Positions 28,550 through 37,902 of a stretch of DNA of 64,000 nucleotides are shown in pieces. Positions within the stretch are counted from its first letter, which is position 1. Each line of letters starts with the position of its first letter. The DNA lies in contig NZ_JAVZIN010000001.1 in assembly GCF_038871235.1 (NCBI RefSeq), forward strand, positions 1-64,000. Reading direction: 5' to 3'. The position numbers were made by a program, and so were the translations under genes. The notes beneath the pieces were generated by a model. That model was not told the DNA's origin. It ran no database searches and was given only the letters and a program-made list of their open reading frames with translations. The stretch is from Candidatus Hadarchaeum sp. (GTDB lineage Archaea; Hadarchaeota; Hadarchaeia; Hadarchaeales; Hadarchaeaceae).

Positions 28550-29581
28550 ATGAGCAAAGGTGGAAGCTTGCCCTGTATGATAATCGCCGGAGGGCAGTGG
28601 GGGGATGAAGGCAAGGGAAAGATCGTGGCCTACCTTGCGCTCACCGATAGACCTAAGATAATTGCCCGGGCTGGAGTTGGCCCCAATGCCGGCCACACGG
28701 TTAACTATAAGGGCAGGACCTTTGGCTTGAGGCAGATTCCTTCGGGCTTCGTCTATGAGGGTGCCCGGCTGCTGATCGGTCCCGGGGTGCTGGTCAATCC
28801 AGAAGTGGTTCTGAAGGAGCTGGAGATGACGGGGACGGCGAATAGGTTTGGGGTTGACAGGAGATGTGCTGTTATTGAGCCAGCCCACATCGAACAGGAC
28901 ACGAAGTCGGAATATCTTCAGGGAAAGATTGGCACCACTGGAACTGGTTGCGGGCCAGCGAACGTGGCGAGGGTTAGTCGCACCGCCAAGTTGGCCGAGG
29001 AGGTGCCTGAGCTCAAGCCCTTCCTTGCCGATGTCCCGGCAGAGCTGAACGAGGCAATAGATCACGGGAGTCTTGTGTTTGTTGAGGGCTCACAGGGCTT
29101 TGGACTGTCGCTGATCCACGGCACTTATCCTTACGTCACCAGCAAGGACACCACAGCGTCAACACTCGCTGCCGATGTTGGTGTTGGGCCAACCAAGGTA
29201 GACGAGGTCATGCTTGTTTTCAAGGCCTATACGAGCCGAGTTGGTCTCGGTCCCTTTCCAACTGAAATTTCACAGGAAAAAGCCGAGGAGCTTGGCATAG
29301 TCGAGTTTGGAACAGTCACCGGAAGGCGCCGGAGAATCGGCCTGTTTGACTTCGCTCTGGCCAAGCGCGCCGTCATGATAAACGGTGCCACCCAGCTGAC
29401 GCTAACCAACTTGGACCGAATGTTCAAGGGAGCCGCGAAGGTGCGAAGGTGGAGAGATCTTCCTAGTGATGCAAAAGATTACGTTGACAAAATTGAGAAA
29501 GAGCTGGGCGTGCCCGTGACTATCATCTCCACGGGAAGCGAGGTAGAGGATGTAATCGACCTGCGTTCGGAGAAACTCTGA
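28550..29581 (+). CDS. purA: Adenylosuccinate synthetase (short archaeal type)
   Basis: [47 protein letters not shown] motifs. Confidence 0.98.
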   Translation: MSKGGSLPCMIIAGGQWGDEGKGKIVAYLALTDRPKIIARAGVGPNAGHTVNYKGRTFGLRQIPSGFVYEGARLLIGPGVLVNPEVVLKELEMTGTANRFGVDRRCAVIEPAHIEQDTKSEYLQGKIGTTGTGCGPANVARVSRTAKLAEEVPELKPFLADVPAELNEAIDHGSLVFVEGSQGFGLSLIHGTYPYVTSKDTTASTLAADVGVGPTKVDEVMLVFKAYTSRVGLGPFPTEISQEKAEELGIVEFGTVTGRRRRIGLFDFALAKRAVMINGATQLTLTNLDRMFKGAAKVRRWRDLPSDAKDYVDKIEKELGVPVTIISTGSEVEDVIDLRSEKL

Positions 29582-29590
29582 GGCGGTAAT

Positions 29591-30145
29591 TTGGGTCGCT
29601 TGATTATCGCGGTCAGCGGAACTCCCGGCACGGGAAAGTCTGAGTTCTCCAAAAAGCTCGCCGAAAAGCTGCAGGCAAGGTTACTGAGTCTCAATGATTT
29701 CATCGAGGAGAATAAGATTTACACCCTCGACCCCGACGGCACTAAATCTGTGGATATTCAAAAGCTACGAAAGTGTTTTGCTAAAAAGGCACGCGATTTA
29801 AGTGGAACGGTGGTGGTGGAAGGAATCTTAGCACATCTGCTACCGAAGAAAATTGTTGACCATGTGGTGGTGCTGAGGACACACCCCAAGGTGCTGGAGC
29901 TTAGACTGAGAAGGAGAAATTATGCGGATGCGAAAGTGAGGGAAAACGTGGATGCCGAGGCCTTAGACGTGATCCTCTGGGAGGCAGTCGAGGCTCACGG
30001 TGTCGATAAGGTCCACGAGATAGACACCACAAATCTAAGCCCAGAAGAAGCCGTGAATCAGTTTTTGCTGGTAATGGAGGGAAAGGTGGTCGCAAGGCCG
30101 GGCAAAGTCGATTGGCTTGAAGAACATTTCAAGATAGTAGAGTAA
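29591..30145 (+). CDS. Adenylate kinase AK6/Fap7-like
   Basis: SGTPGTGKS, VVEGILAH, RNY...KV.EN..AE motifs. Confidence 0.88.
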   Translation: MGRLIIAVSGTPGTGKSEFSKKLAEKLQARLLSLNDFIEENKIYTLDPDGTKSVDIQKLRKCFAKKARDLSGTVVVEGILAHLLPKKIVDHVVVLRTHPKVLELRLRRRNYADAKVRENVDAEALDVILWEAVEAHGVDKVHEIDTTNLSPEEAVNQFLLVMEGKVVARPGKVDWLEEHFKIVE

Positions 30146-30196
30146 AGTTTATCAATTAGTTCATCATCAGTTAACCGACGGGATCGAGGGGAGAAT

Positions 30197-31057
30197 ATGA
30201 GCGGGGTAACCAGAACGGCGCTGCTGATGGGCGTGCTTACCGCAATGTTGCTGCTCGTTGGTGTTGCGGCGAGCTATCTGACCGGGATCCCGATGGCTCA
30301 GAGCTTAGGTTTCTTCGTCATGCTCTCAATCATAATGAACCTTTCGATGTATTGGTATGCCGACAGGTGGGTGCTCAGCATTTACCGGGCCAAGCTGGTT
30401 AGCGAGGCCGAGCAGCCCAAACTTCACAACATGGTCTCCAAGCTGGCGGCTGAAGCTGGATTACCCAAGCCCAAGGTCGCCGTAGTCCCGATAGATGTCC
30501 CCAATGCCTTTGCGACGGGCAGATCGCCATCGCACGCGGTCGTTGCGGTGACTAAGGGCGCCCTGGACCTCTTGGATGACGATGAGCTGGAAGGTGTGCT
30601 GGGACACGAGCTTTCCCACATCAAAAATCATGACATGCTGGTGAACACGATGGCCGCCATAATCGGAGCCGTGATAACTTATGTTACCTACTTTACCATG
30701 TTCAGCGGCCGTAGAGATCGAGACAGCGGGGCGGGGCTGTTGGCCCTGCTGCTGCTTTTGGTTGTGCCCTTTGCGGCCGCGCTCGTCAGACTTTCCATCT
30801 CCCGCGGGCGCGAATATGCGGCTGACGAGGATGGAGCGAAGATATCCCGCAAACCTCTGGCTCTGGCCAGTGCCCTGAGGAAGCTGGAGACTGCAGCGAG
30901 AAACAGGCCCCTCAAGCAGGGCAATCCTTCTACGGCACATATGTTCGTCGTTAATCCATTCCAAGGCATAAACATCGCCAGCCTATTTTCAACGCACCCT
31001 CCAACCCAGCAGAGGATAGCTAGGTTGGAGAACCTCGCCAGATTAATACAGGCTTAG
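30197..31057 (+). CDS. htpX: Zinc metalloprotease HtpX
   Basis: PNAFATGR, GHELSH, SRGREYAAD, FSTHPP motifs. Confidence 0.96.
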   Translation: MSGVTRTALLMGVLTAMLLLVGVAASYLTGIPMAQSLGFFVMLSIIMNLSMYWYADRWVLSIYRAKLVSEAEQPKLHNMVSKLAAEAGLPKPKVAVVPIDVPNAFATGRSPSHAVVAVTKGALDLLDDDELEGVLGHELSHIKNHDMLVNTMAAIIGAVITYVTYFTMFSGRRDRDSGAGLLALLLLLVVPFAAALVRLSISRGREYAADEDGAKISRKPLALASALRKLETAARNRPLKQGNPSTAHMFVVNPFQGINIASLFSTHPPTQQRIARLENLARLIQA

Positions 31058-31227
31058 AAACCGAGCACACCTGCTCCAGCGACGTGAAGGAGAATAACAA
31101 AAATAATTACTGCGGCAGTGAAGGCTAGAACACTTTTTGGCGAGATTTTTATTCCGCTACCCTCCTCCTGAAAATACCTTATCAGTCCGGCTCCCGTCGG
31201 CGGCAGTCTTTCCTCGTTCCTCGGCAT
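31054..31227 (-). CDS. secG: Preprotein translocase subunit Sec61beta/SecG (57 aa, below the ORF-track cutoff)
   Basis: Hand translation MPRNEERLPPTGAGLIRYFQEEGSGIKISPKSVLAFTAAVIIFVILLH...; AGLIRYF and KISP signature plus one TM helix. Confidence 0.93.
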   Translation of the reverse strand: MPRNEERLPPTGAGLIRYFQEEGSGIKISPKSVLAFTAAVIIFVILLHVAGAGVLGF

Positions 31228-31328
31228 GTCAAACCCGTTTTCCTATCCAGTCTAGCCCTCTTAAATCTTTTTGAATAGAAAATCAGAAAAAAATAAGTTG
31301 GAGAAATGGAAAAAATGATGTTGCGGGG

Positions 31329-31508
31329 GTGAAGTACACGAGCACGAAAGCCGTTTTATGGATTAGTGTGGTGTGCTTCTTTGTGGTGGTATTGTTCTTT
31401 GATAGAATCCAAACCATGTTTAAAAATATTTTTCGTGAGCTGAGAAGAAAGCTCACCAGAGGACGAGATCCTTACTGGTATGAGTTGAAAAAGCGCGAAG
31501 AATCCTAA
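31329..31508 (+). CDS. Small hypothetical single-TM protein (59 aa)
   Basis: Hand translation MKYTSTKAVLWISVVCFFVVVLFFDRIQTMFKNIFRELRRKLTRGRDPYWYELKKREES. Confidence 0.5.
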   Translation: MKYTSTKAVLWISVVCFFVVVLFFDRIQTMFKNIFRELRRKLTRGRDPYWYELKKREES

Positions 31509-31638
31509 TTTTTACCAAAATTAATTATTAGCACGGAGAAAAATGATATAGCTGTGTCAAGTTAAAACAGAATTTTCTCAAGCCAACAAGGCTATTTTTC
31601 AAATAACGTTTCCCTTGAAGAAAGCATAGACGTTTTAG

Positions 31639-32160
31639 TCAGTCGTCATGTGGTATGAATTGCTTTTGAGCCTCAACAATTTCGGCGCTATTTTTAGCCC
31701 TGCTGTAGGCCTCCAGCGGCTCCCGATTTAGCTCTAGAAAGACAGGGCCCCATTTGAAACCGGCGAGAATCTCATTAGCCTTCTCCTTTTCACCGAAAAT
31801 GAAGAGTGCCGCGGCCAGCGCCTCGGCGGTGCTCAGGGTGGTAGGTTTCCCGTAATGCGTTGGGTTTGCGGCGAGAAGATAAGGCAGGCTTCTTGGCCGG
31901 AACCAATTTTTCACTCTGGAGACCTGGTCAATTTTTTTCCAGGAACAGTCGAAGGCAATCAACCCATATTTTCTTGCTAGTTCAGCATCCTCTTTTGAAA
32001 GTGCCTTTTCGGCAAAAGGAGTTAGTAAGACGCCGCCCCTGGGTAGCTCTTCAACCCTGAAGACTATTTCAACTTTGCCTGCTCTACACAAGCGCAGTGC
32101 CGTACATCTTTTCGGGTCGCATTCTCGGGCATGATATACCGTGATTTGCATGGACATCAT
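31639..32160 (-). CDS. tsr3: 16S rRNA aminocarboxypropyltransferase Tsr3
   Basis: ECDPKRCTA, DCSW, RSLPYLLAANP..YG, LSTAEA, FKWG..FLELN motifs. Confidence 0.96.
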   Translation of the reverse strand: MMSMQITVYHARECDPKRCTALRLCRAGKVEIVFRVEELPRGGVLLTPFAEKALSKEDAELARKYGLIAFDCSWKKIDQVSRVKNWFRPRSLPYLLAANPTHYGKPTTLSTAEALAAALFIFGEKEKANEILAGFKWGPVFLELNREPLEAYSRAKNSAEIVEAQKQFIPHDD

Positions 32161-32233
32161 TGATGATAACAGGTTTCCTCATTTAGTTTTTAAATGTTTA
32201 ATCCGCTAGATTTCATGGCTGCGAGGTCGTTCG

Positions 32234-33316
32234 ATGAATTCCTACGAGAGGGTTATGAAAATCCTGCTCGGCATGAAGGAGGAGGTCGACAGAATCCCCT
32301 GCGTCAACTTTGCCAGCGTGGCCACGGTAGATTTCATGAAGGCCACAGGCTCTTTTTGGCCCGCCGCTCACAAGGATCCGGTGAAGATGGCCAAGCTATC
32401 CTCAGCCGCTCACAGGCTTTGCGGCTTGGACAATATCACAGTACCATTCTCCACGGTTGTCGAGGCGGAGGTCTTGGGCGCCGTGATCGATTATCGCGAG
32501 GACAGGGTAAGATGGCCCTCCATCAAGGAATTTCGGGTGAAAGAAATCTCTGATCTAAAATTCCCTGAGGACGTTGCCAAGGCTGGGACCGTCCCGGTGA
32601 TAACCGAGGCGATCAAGCTGCTCAAAGAAGAGTTTGGTGGCAGGGTTCCAGTCAACGCTTTTCTGGTGCCGCCCTTTACCAGCCTGAGCAGCTACTTGGT
32701 AGACACCATTTCCTTTTTGAAATGCTTGATAAAGGAGCCGGAAAAAGTTCATGACCTCTGCACCGCCGTCTTGGACGTTTATATTGAGATAGCAGAACTC
32801 TATCAGGAAGCTGGTGCCGATGTTATCACCCTTCACGAGATGGGGGCCTCCAACGATAACATCTCTCCGGACCATTTTGATGAGTTTGTCAAGCCCTATC
32901 TGAAAAAGATCATCGGCCGCTTGTCCGTGCCCACCGTTTTGAACATCTGTGGGTCGGCAGTGAGAATAGTGGATAAGATGGCAGAGTCCGGTCCCAGCGC
33001 CATCGCGGTGGACGAGCGAACTTCCCTTCGTGAGGCCAGAAAAGCGATCGACAGGGTTAGGACAGGGGCACCGCTGATCGGCAATATATCCGCTTACTGG
33101 GTGATTCATTTGGGCCCGGTTGAAAAGATAAGGGAGGCCGTGGGGAAGGCCATTGGCGAAGGTGTTGATATGGTGTCTCCAGGGTGCGATTTCTGGTTGG
33201 AAACACCGACCGAGCACATCAGGGCCCTTGTGGAGACCACTAAGGAGCTGGGAAGCCCTCCACCTTGGTTGGGAGGAAAATCTCGCGCCATAATGGATAA
33301 AGAGAATGCCGGATAA
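32234..33316 (+). CDS. MtaA/CmuA (UroD-fold) methylcobamide methyltransferase family protein
   Basis: WPAAHKDP.KMA, VPF...VEAE.LG, ISP..F.EF..PY, ICG, LIGNIS, SPGCD motifs. Confidence 0.85.
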   Translation: MNSYERVMKILLGMKEEVDRIPCVNFASVATVDFMKATGSFWPAAHKDPVKMAKLSSAAHRLCGLDNITVPFSTVVEAEVLGAVIDYREDRVRWPSIKEFRVKEISDLKFPEDVAKAGTVPVITEAIKLLKEEFGGRVPVNAFLVPPFTSLSSYLVDTISFLKCLIKEPEKVHDLCTAVLDVYIEIAELYQEAGADVITLHEMGASNDNISPDHFDEFVKPYLKKIIGRLSVPTVLNICGSAVRIVDKMAESGPSAIAVDERTSLREARKAIDRVRTGAPLIGNISAYWVIHLGPVEKIREAVGKAIGEGVDMVSPGCDFWLETPTEHIRALVETTKELGSPPPWLGGKSRAIMDKENAG

Positions 33317-33337
33317 GTCGCCATTGGAGCTGGTAAA

Positions 33338-34477
33338 TTGGCCCGGGAAATACTGTCGAACGCCGTGATTTTGACGGGAAGAGAGTTAGAAATAACACGG
33401 GGCTACATGGTGATTGAGGACGATGTGATCAAGGAAATTTCCGAGGGCTCTCCCCAGAGGCGAGCGGTGAATCTAAACGGTGGTTTTATCATACCTCCTT
33501 TCATCAACGCCCATACTCATGTGGTGGATTCGGTAGCCAAGGAGCTTTATCTTGGCAAAAATCAGACCCAAGTAGTTGGTCCGCAGGGTTTAAAGTTCCG
33601 GGTGCTGGAGCGAAGCGCACCAGTCCAGAAGGCACAAGCCACGAAGGCCACGCTGCAGGATATGCTGGCCACCGGAACCCTTGCTCACTGTGATTTCAGA
33701 GAGGAGGGTGTCGATGGCGTGAATTTTCTGAGAGGAATTATTTTGCCCCCGTTAACTTCAATTATTCTGGGTCGATTCTCCAAAGTTGAGGAGATGCTGA
33801 AGGTGCTTTCAATATCAGATGGTTTGGGTATTCCTAGTTTGGACGCATTTTCTGAGGAGGTTTTGGAGGAAGCATCTGTAGCTGCGCGTGAGGCCAAGAA
33901 ATTTTTCGCAGTTCATGTTGCCGAGAATGCTCATGAGGTGCTGGCGTTCAAAAAAAAGCATCACCGAAGCGAGGTGGAACAGGCCATCAAACTCAGGTTT
34001 ACTTTTGTCGTTCATGCCACCCACTGCAGCGAGGAGGAACTTTTGAGGCTAAAGGCAAATAAGACCCCTGTGGTTTTTTGTGCCCGTTCCAATAGCCTGT
34101 TGGGAGTTGGTGTGCCACCGATTAATCTGGCTTTGAAGACAGGTACTGAATTCTTCCTCGGCACCGACAATGCAATGGTCTGCCAGCCCGACATGTTTGA
34201 GGAGATTTCCTTCGCATGGAGATGCCTCCGCCGAGACAACACCGCAGCGGGCTCTGAGGAGGCCAAGTCGTTGCTTGCTGCAGCCACGGTTAAACCCCTC
34301 AGCCTGTTCAACTTACCCTGGGGTCCGGTTGAGGAGGGCCAGAAAGCCACCTTTTTGATTTTAGCTAGGAAGAGCAATCTCCTCCATCTTTCCGATGTTT
34401 ACGCAGGTTTAGTCAACCGGGCTCGTGCCGACAACATAAGGGCTATCTATTTTAACGGCAAAATAATTATAAGTTGA
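33338..34477 (+). CDS. Amidohydrolase family deaminase
   Basis: FINAHTH, VHVAE, VHATH, C.RSN, LGTDN motifs. Confidence 0.88.
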   Translation: MAREILSNAVILTGRELEITRGYMVIEDDVIKEISEGSPQRRAVNLNGGFIIPPFINAHTHVVDSVAKELYLGKNQTQVVGPQGLKFRVLERSAPVQKAQATKATLQDMLATGTLAHCDFREEGVDGVNFLRGIILPPLTSIILGRFSKVEEMLKVLSISDGLGIPSLDAFSEEVLEEASVAAREAKKFFAVHVAENAHEVLAFKKKHHRSEVEQAIKLRFTFVVHATHCSEEELLRLKANKTPVVFCARSNSLLGVGVPPINLALKTGTEFFLGTDNAMVCQPDMFEEISFAWRCLRRDNTAAGSEEAKSLLAAATVKPLSLFNLPWGPVEEGQKATFLILARKSNLLHLSDVYAGLVNRARADNIRAIYFNGKIIIS

Positions 34478-34536
34478 TAACCCTAAACAAATACTATAAA
34501 ATATCAGCGAATGATGTTGAATCTGGAAGCGATAAC

Positions 34537-35373
34537 ATGAAAGTAAAGGACGTAATGACTAAAGAGGTCAAGTGGGTAGAAGTTCCGGGGTCACGTTCTG
34601 ATGCCTTGGACCTGCTCAGAAAGCTAGGCGTCAGCGCCGTCCCAGCGGTGAAGCGCGGGACCGATGAGCTCGTGGGGATGGTCACGTTGCGCAAGCTCTT
34701 TGAGCACCCGGACGAGGACCAGCTGGCAATGCTGGTCGACCGAGAGGTACCAACGGTTACTCCTGATGAGAACATTGAGGAGGCTGCCATGAAGTTCCTA
34801 AAGTCAGGGGTTAGGAGGATGCCTGTTTTAAAGGATGGAAAACTCGTCGGCGTCATCACGGTCAGGGATATCGTTTACCGCGCGATAGCCGAGTTAGGCA
34901 TAGAGCGCCCGGCTTCGGATCTCATGCGGAAGCACGTCTTCGTTGTCTGGGAAGGCACACCAATCAGGGCAGCCATTGAGATAATGGACTTGGCGGGCTT
35001 CAGAGGCTTGCCGGTGATAAACGAGAATGGTGCCATGGTGGGAATAATAGATGATTATGATATCATTAAAGTCAGCGATGTTGAGGTTGGATCAAAGGTC
35101 AGCCAGATGGCGGGAAGAAGCGAGGGAGACAGCTGGACTTGGGACAGCGAAGACCGTGTGTATATCACCAAGAGCATGTTAAAGGTCCCGGACAAACTGG
35201 TAAAGGATGTCATGACCAAGGAGCTAGTCACCATCACTAGGAAGACCCCGATTAGCAGAGTGGCTCAACTGATGAAACAGAACAAAGTCGAGCAGACGCC
35301 GGTCGTTTCATCTGAGGGCAAACTGGTAGGTATAGTACGAGATATTGATCTACTCCGCGCGCTGACGGAGTGA
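34537..35373 (+). CDS. CBS-domain protein (two CBS pairs)
   Basis: Repeated VKDVMTKE, PV....KLVG(I/V) motifs. Confidence 0.92.
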   Translation: MKVKDVMTKEVKWVEVPGSRSDALDLLRKLGVSAVPAVKRGTDELVGMVTLRKLFEHPDEDQLAMLVDREVPTVTPDENIEEAAMKFLKSGVRRMPVLKDGKLVGVITVRDIVYRAIAELGIERPASDLMRKHVFVVWEGTPIRAAIEIMDLAGFRGLPVINENGAMVGIIDDYDIIKVSDVEVGSKVSQMAGRSEGDSWTWDSEDRVYITKSMLKVPDKLVKDVMTKELVTITRKTPISRVAQLMKQNKVEQTPVVSSEGKLVGIVRDIDLLRALTE

Positions 35374-35388
35374 TGGATTTTCAAATTT

Positions 35389-36921
35389 TTGGTGCTTGAA
35401 GTGAAAGACAAGTCAGAGGAAATGATGGAGCTGGTCCGCAGACGGGGCTTCATCTGGCCATCTTTCGAGATCTACGGTGGGGTCGGTGGCTTTTACGATT
35501 TTGGCCCGCTGGGGTCGGTGTTGAAAAATAAGATAATTCAAAAATGGCGTGAGTTCTATCTCATTGGGGAGAACTTCTTCGAGATAGATTCACCCAGCGT
35601 CATGCCGGAAGAGGTGTTGAAGGCCAGTGGCCATGTTGACCATTTCGTCGATGCGATGGTGGAGTGCAAAAAGTGTGGAAATTCTTTCAAGGCAGTCGAC
35701 GTTGCCCGCGAGGCCACAGGCAAAGATATCGAGGGCATGAAGGAGACAGAGATGGACGAGTTCTTTACCAAAAATAGGATTAAATGCCCAGATTGCGGCG
35801 GTGAACTGGGGAAAGTTTTTCTCTTCAATTCTATGTTTCGCACGACCATTGGTCCAGGCAGCCAGAGAGTAGGCTATCTGCGACCAGAAACTGCCCAGGG
35901 TATATTCATTGATTTTAAGCGGCTCCAACGCCATGCCCGTGGGAGACTGCCCTTTGGGGTGATCCAGATTGGCAAAGGTTACCGCAATGAGATATCACCT
36001 CGTCAGGGCATAATCAGACTACGTGAATTCACCATGGCCGAGGCAGAGGTGTTCTTCGACCCCGACAATCCGCATCACCCAAATTTTTCCTGCTTTGCCG
36101 ATGAAAAAATTCGGCTGTGGCGGGCTGAGGATCAGATAAAGGGGGAGGAAAGAGTAGTGGAGGTCACCGCGAGGGAGGCGGTAGAAAAAAACTACATTCA
36201 CAACGAACTCATCGCCTACTATGCGGTTTTGACCAAAAAATTCCTCGAGGAGCTAGGCATACCTTATGAGCACATAAGATTCCGGGAACAGAAACCGTGG
36301 CAGAGGGCACATTATTCCAGCGAAACCTGGGACGCCGAGGTCTACACGGAGCGTTTTGGCTGGGTGGAGGTCGCCGGAATTGCCAACCGCACAGATTATG
36401 ACCTCTCGCGCCACGCAAAGTTCAGCGGCGAGGATTTAACGATGACGGTTGGTGAGGGCAGTAGGAAGATAATCTGTCATGTGGTCGAGCCCTCCTATGG
36501 GATCGACCGGCCGCTCTATTGCGTCCTCGAGCATGCCTATGTTGAAGAAGGTGATCGGAAATATCTTCGGCTGAAAAAGTGGTTGGCCCCAGTTGAGGTC
36601 GGCGTGTTTCCACTGCTCAAGCGAGATAGACTGCCGGAGAAGGCCTTGGAGGTGCAGTGCCTATTGAGGTCCAGAGGGTTACTGGCGGAGTACGATGATT
36701 CAGGATCGATTGGCAGGCGCTATGCGCGAGCAGATGAAATCGGCACACCTTACTGCGTGACGGTCGATCATCAAACAATGGAGGATGGTACAGTCACTGT
36801 TAGGGATAGGGACTCAACCAAGCAGATCAGGGTCAGCATCGAAAAACTGCCTGATGTTTTATCATCGCTTCTTCGCGATCAAATCAATTTTGAAAAGGCC
36901 GGTACTCCGGTTAAAAAATAA
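35389..36921 (+). CDS. glyS: Glycine-tRNA ligase (alpha2 type)
   Basis: FEIYGG, YDFGPLG, YLRPETAQG, RNEISPRQG..RLREF, EPSYGIDR, SIGRRYARADEIG motifs. Confidence 0.98.
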   Translation: MVLEVKDKSEEMMELVRRRGFIWPSFEIYGGVGGFYDFGPLGSVLKNKIIQKWREFYLIGENFFEIDSPSVMPEEVLKASGHVDHFVDAMVECKKCGNSFKAVDVAREATGKDIEGMKETEMDEFFTKNRIKCPDCGGELGKVFLFNSMFRTTIGPGSQRVGYLRPETAQGIFIDFKRLQRHARGRLPFGVIQIGKGYRNEISPRQGIIRLREFTMAEAEVFFDPDNPHHPNFSCFADEKIRLWRAEDQIKGEERVVEVTAREAVEKNYIHNELIAYYAVLTKKFLEELGIPYEHIRFREQKPWQRAHYSSETWDAEVYTERFGWVEVAGIANRTDYDLSRHAKFSGEDLTMTVGEGSRKIICHVVEPSYGIDRPLYCVLEHAYVEEGDRKYLRLKKWLAPVEVGVFPLLKRDRLPEKALEVQCLLRSRGLLAEYDDSGSIGRRYARADEIGTPYCVTVDHQTMEDGTVTVRDRDSTKQIRVSIEKLPDVLSSLLRDQINFEKAGTPVKK

Positions 36922-37840
36922 GCATATAAGTTATCGGTAGCACGATGAAAAGTGAGAGCAGAGTGGTGTAGAAAATAATTGCGCTGTACATCTTCAGGTC
37001 CAGCTTGTAGTTCCAAGCCAGCATCATGTTGAAAAATCCTGGCGGCATTATCGATTGAACCAGCGATGGTCGTGGCGTGATGTCGGTCTGCAGGCTCAGG
37101 CCCAATGCTAAGATTAGCCCATAGGTCACCAGCGGACCAATGATGAACCTCATCAACGAGACCATCGTTATGTCCTTCACGTATTTTCTTGGGCTAGCGA
37201 TAGGCATCTGGTACCCCACGAGCAGGAGCATGAGTCCGAAGAAAGGTTTGGTTAAATAGGCGTCAAAAAATTCTCTGGCGACAGTCGGAAGCGGCGCGCT
37301 GAAAGCGACGAAGAGCAAGGCGACGATTAATGCAAAAGCAGCAGGAAAAGTGATGATGTTTTCGATCACGGACCCAACAGTGATTTTCTTTCTCACCGCT
37401 GTTGCCGCCAGCATTACTCCCAAAACAAGATGGGGGACGGAGATGCCGATCGCATAAAGAGCCGCCGGCCCAAGCCCGTTTAACCCCCTGACGTCAAAAA
37501 ACGCATAGATGACTGGAAGGCCCAAGAAAGTGACGTTTTGAAATGCCGAATTTAATGAGATAGCAACCATCGTTTTTCTATCATCTCCGCAAATCCTCGA
37601 CACAGCTACTGAGGCCACAAAACAGACGCCCATGGTAAAAAATGCCATCACGAAGGCGTTGCCCATTATGGCCAATTCAATGAGGCTATAGCGAGATATC
37701 GAGACAAAAACTACCGTTGGCAATATTACCCATATAACTAGGGTGTTGAGAATACCAAACGCTTTGTCAGCAACAGGTTTCAGGAATTTTAAGGGCTTGA
37801 TTTGATGGGTAATTGCTCTGGCGAGAATTCCGGCCACCAC
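36911..37840 (-). CDS. AEC family transporter (true start probably further upstream)
   Basis: Multiple TM segments; FQNVTFLGLP, FPA, MPPG motifs. Confidence 0.82.
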   Translation of the reverse strand: MVAGILARAITHQIKPLKFLKPVADKAFGILNTLVIWVILPTVVFVSISRYSLIELAIMGNAFVMAFFTMGVCFVASVAVSRICGDDRKTMVAISLNSAFQNVTFLGLPVIYAFFDVRGLNGLGPAALYAIGISVPHLVLGVMLAATAVRKKITVGSVIENIITFPAAFALIVALLFVAFSAPLPTVAREFFDAYLTKPFFGLMLLLVGYQMPIASPRKYVKDITMVSLMRFIIGPLVTYGLILALGLSLQTDITPRPSLVQSIMPPGFFNMMLAWNYKLDLKMYSAIIFYTTLLSLFIVLPITYMLIF

Positions 37841-37902
37841 GATTGAAAAGACATAGAGGGCGGTGCTGAAGAACGTCTCGAGCGTTGTTTCAACCCTATA
37901 GG

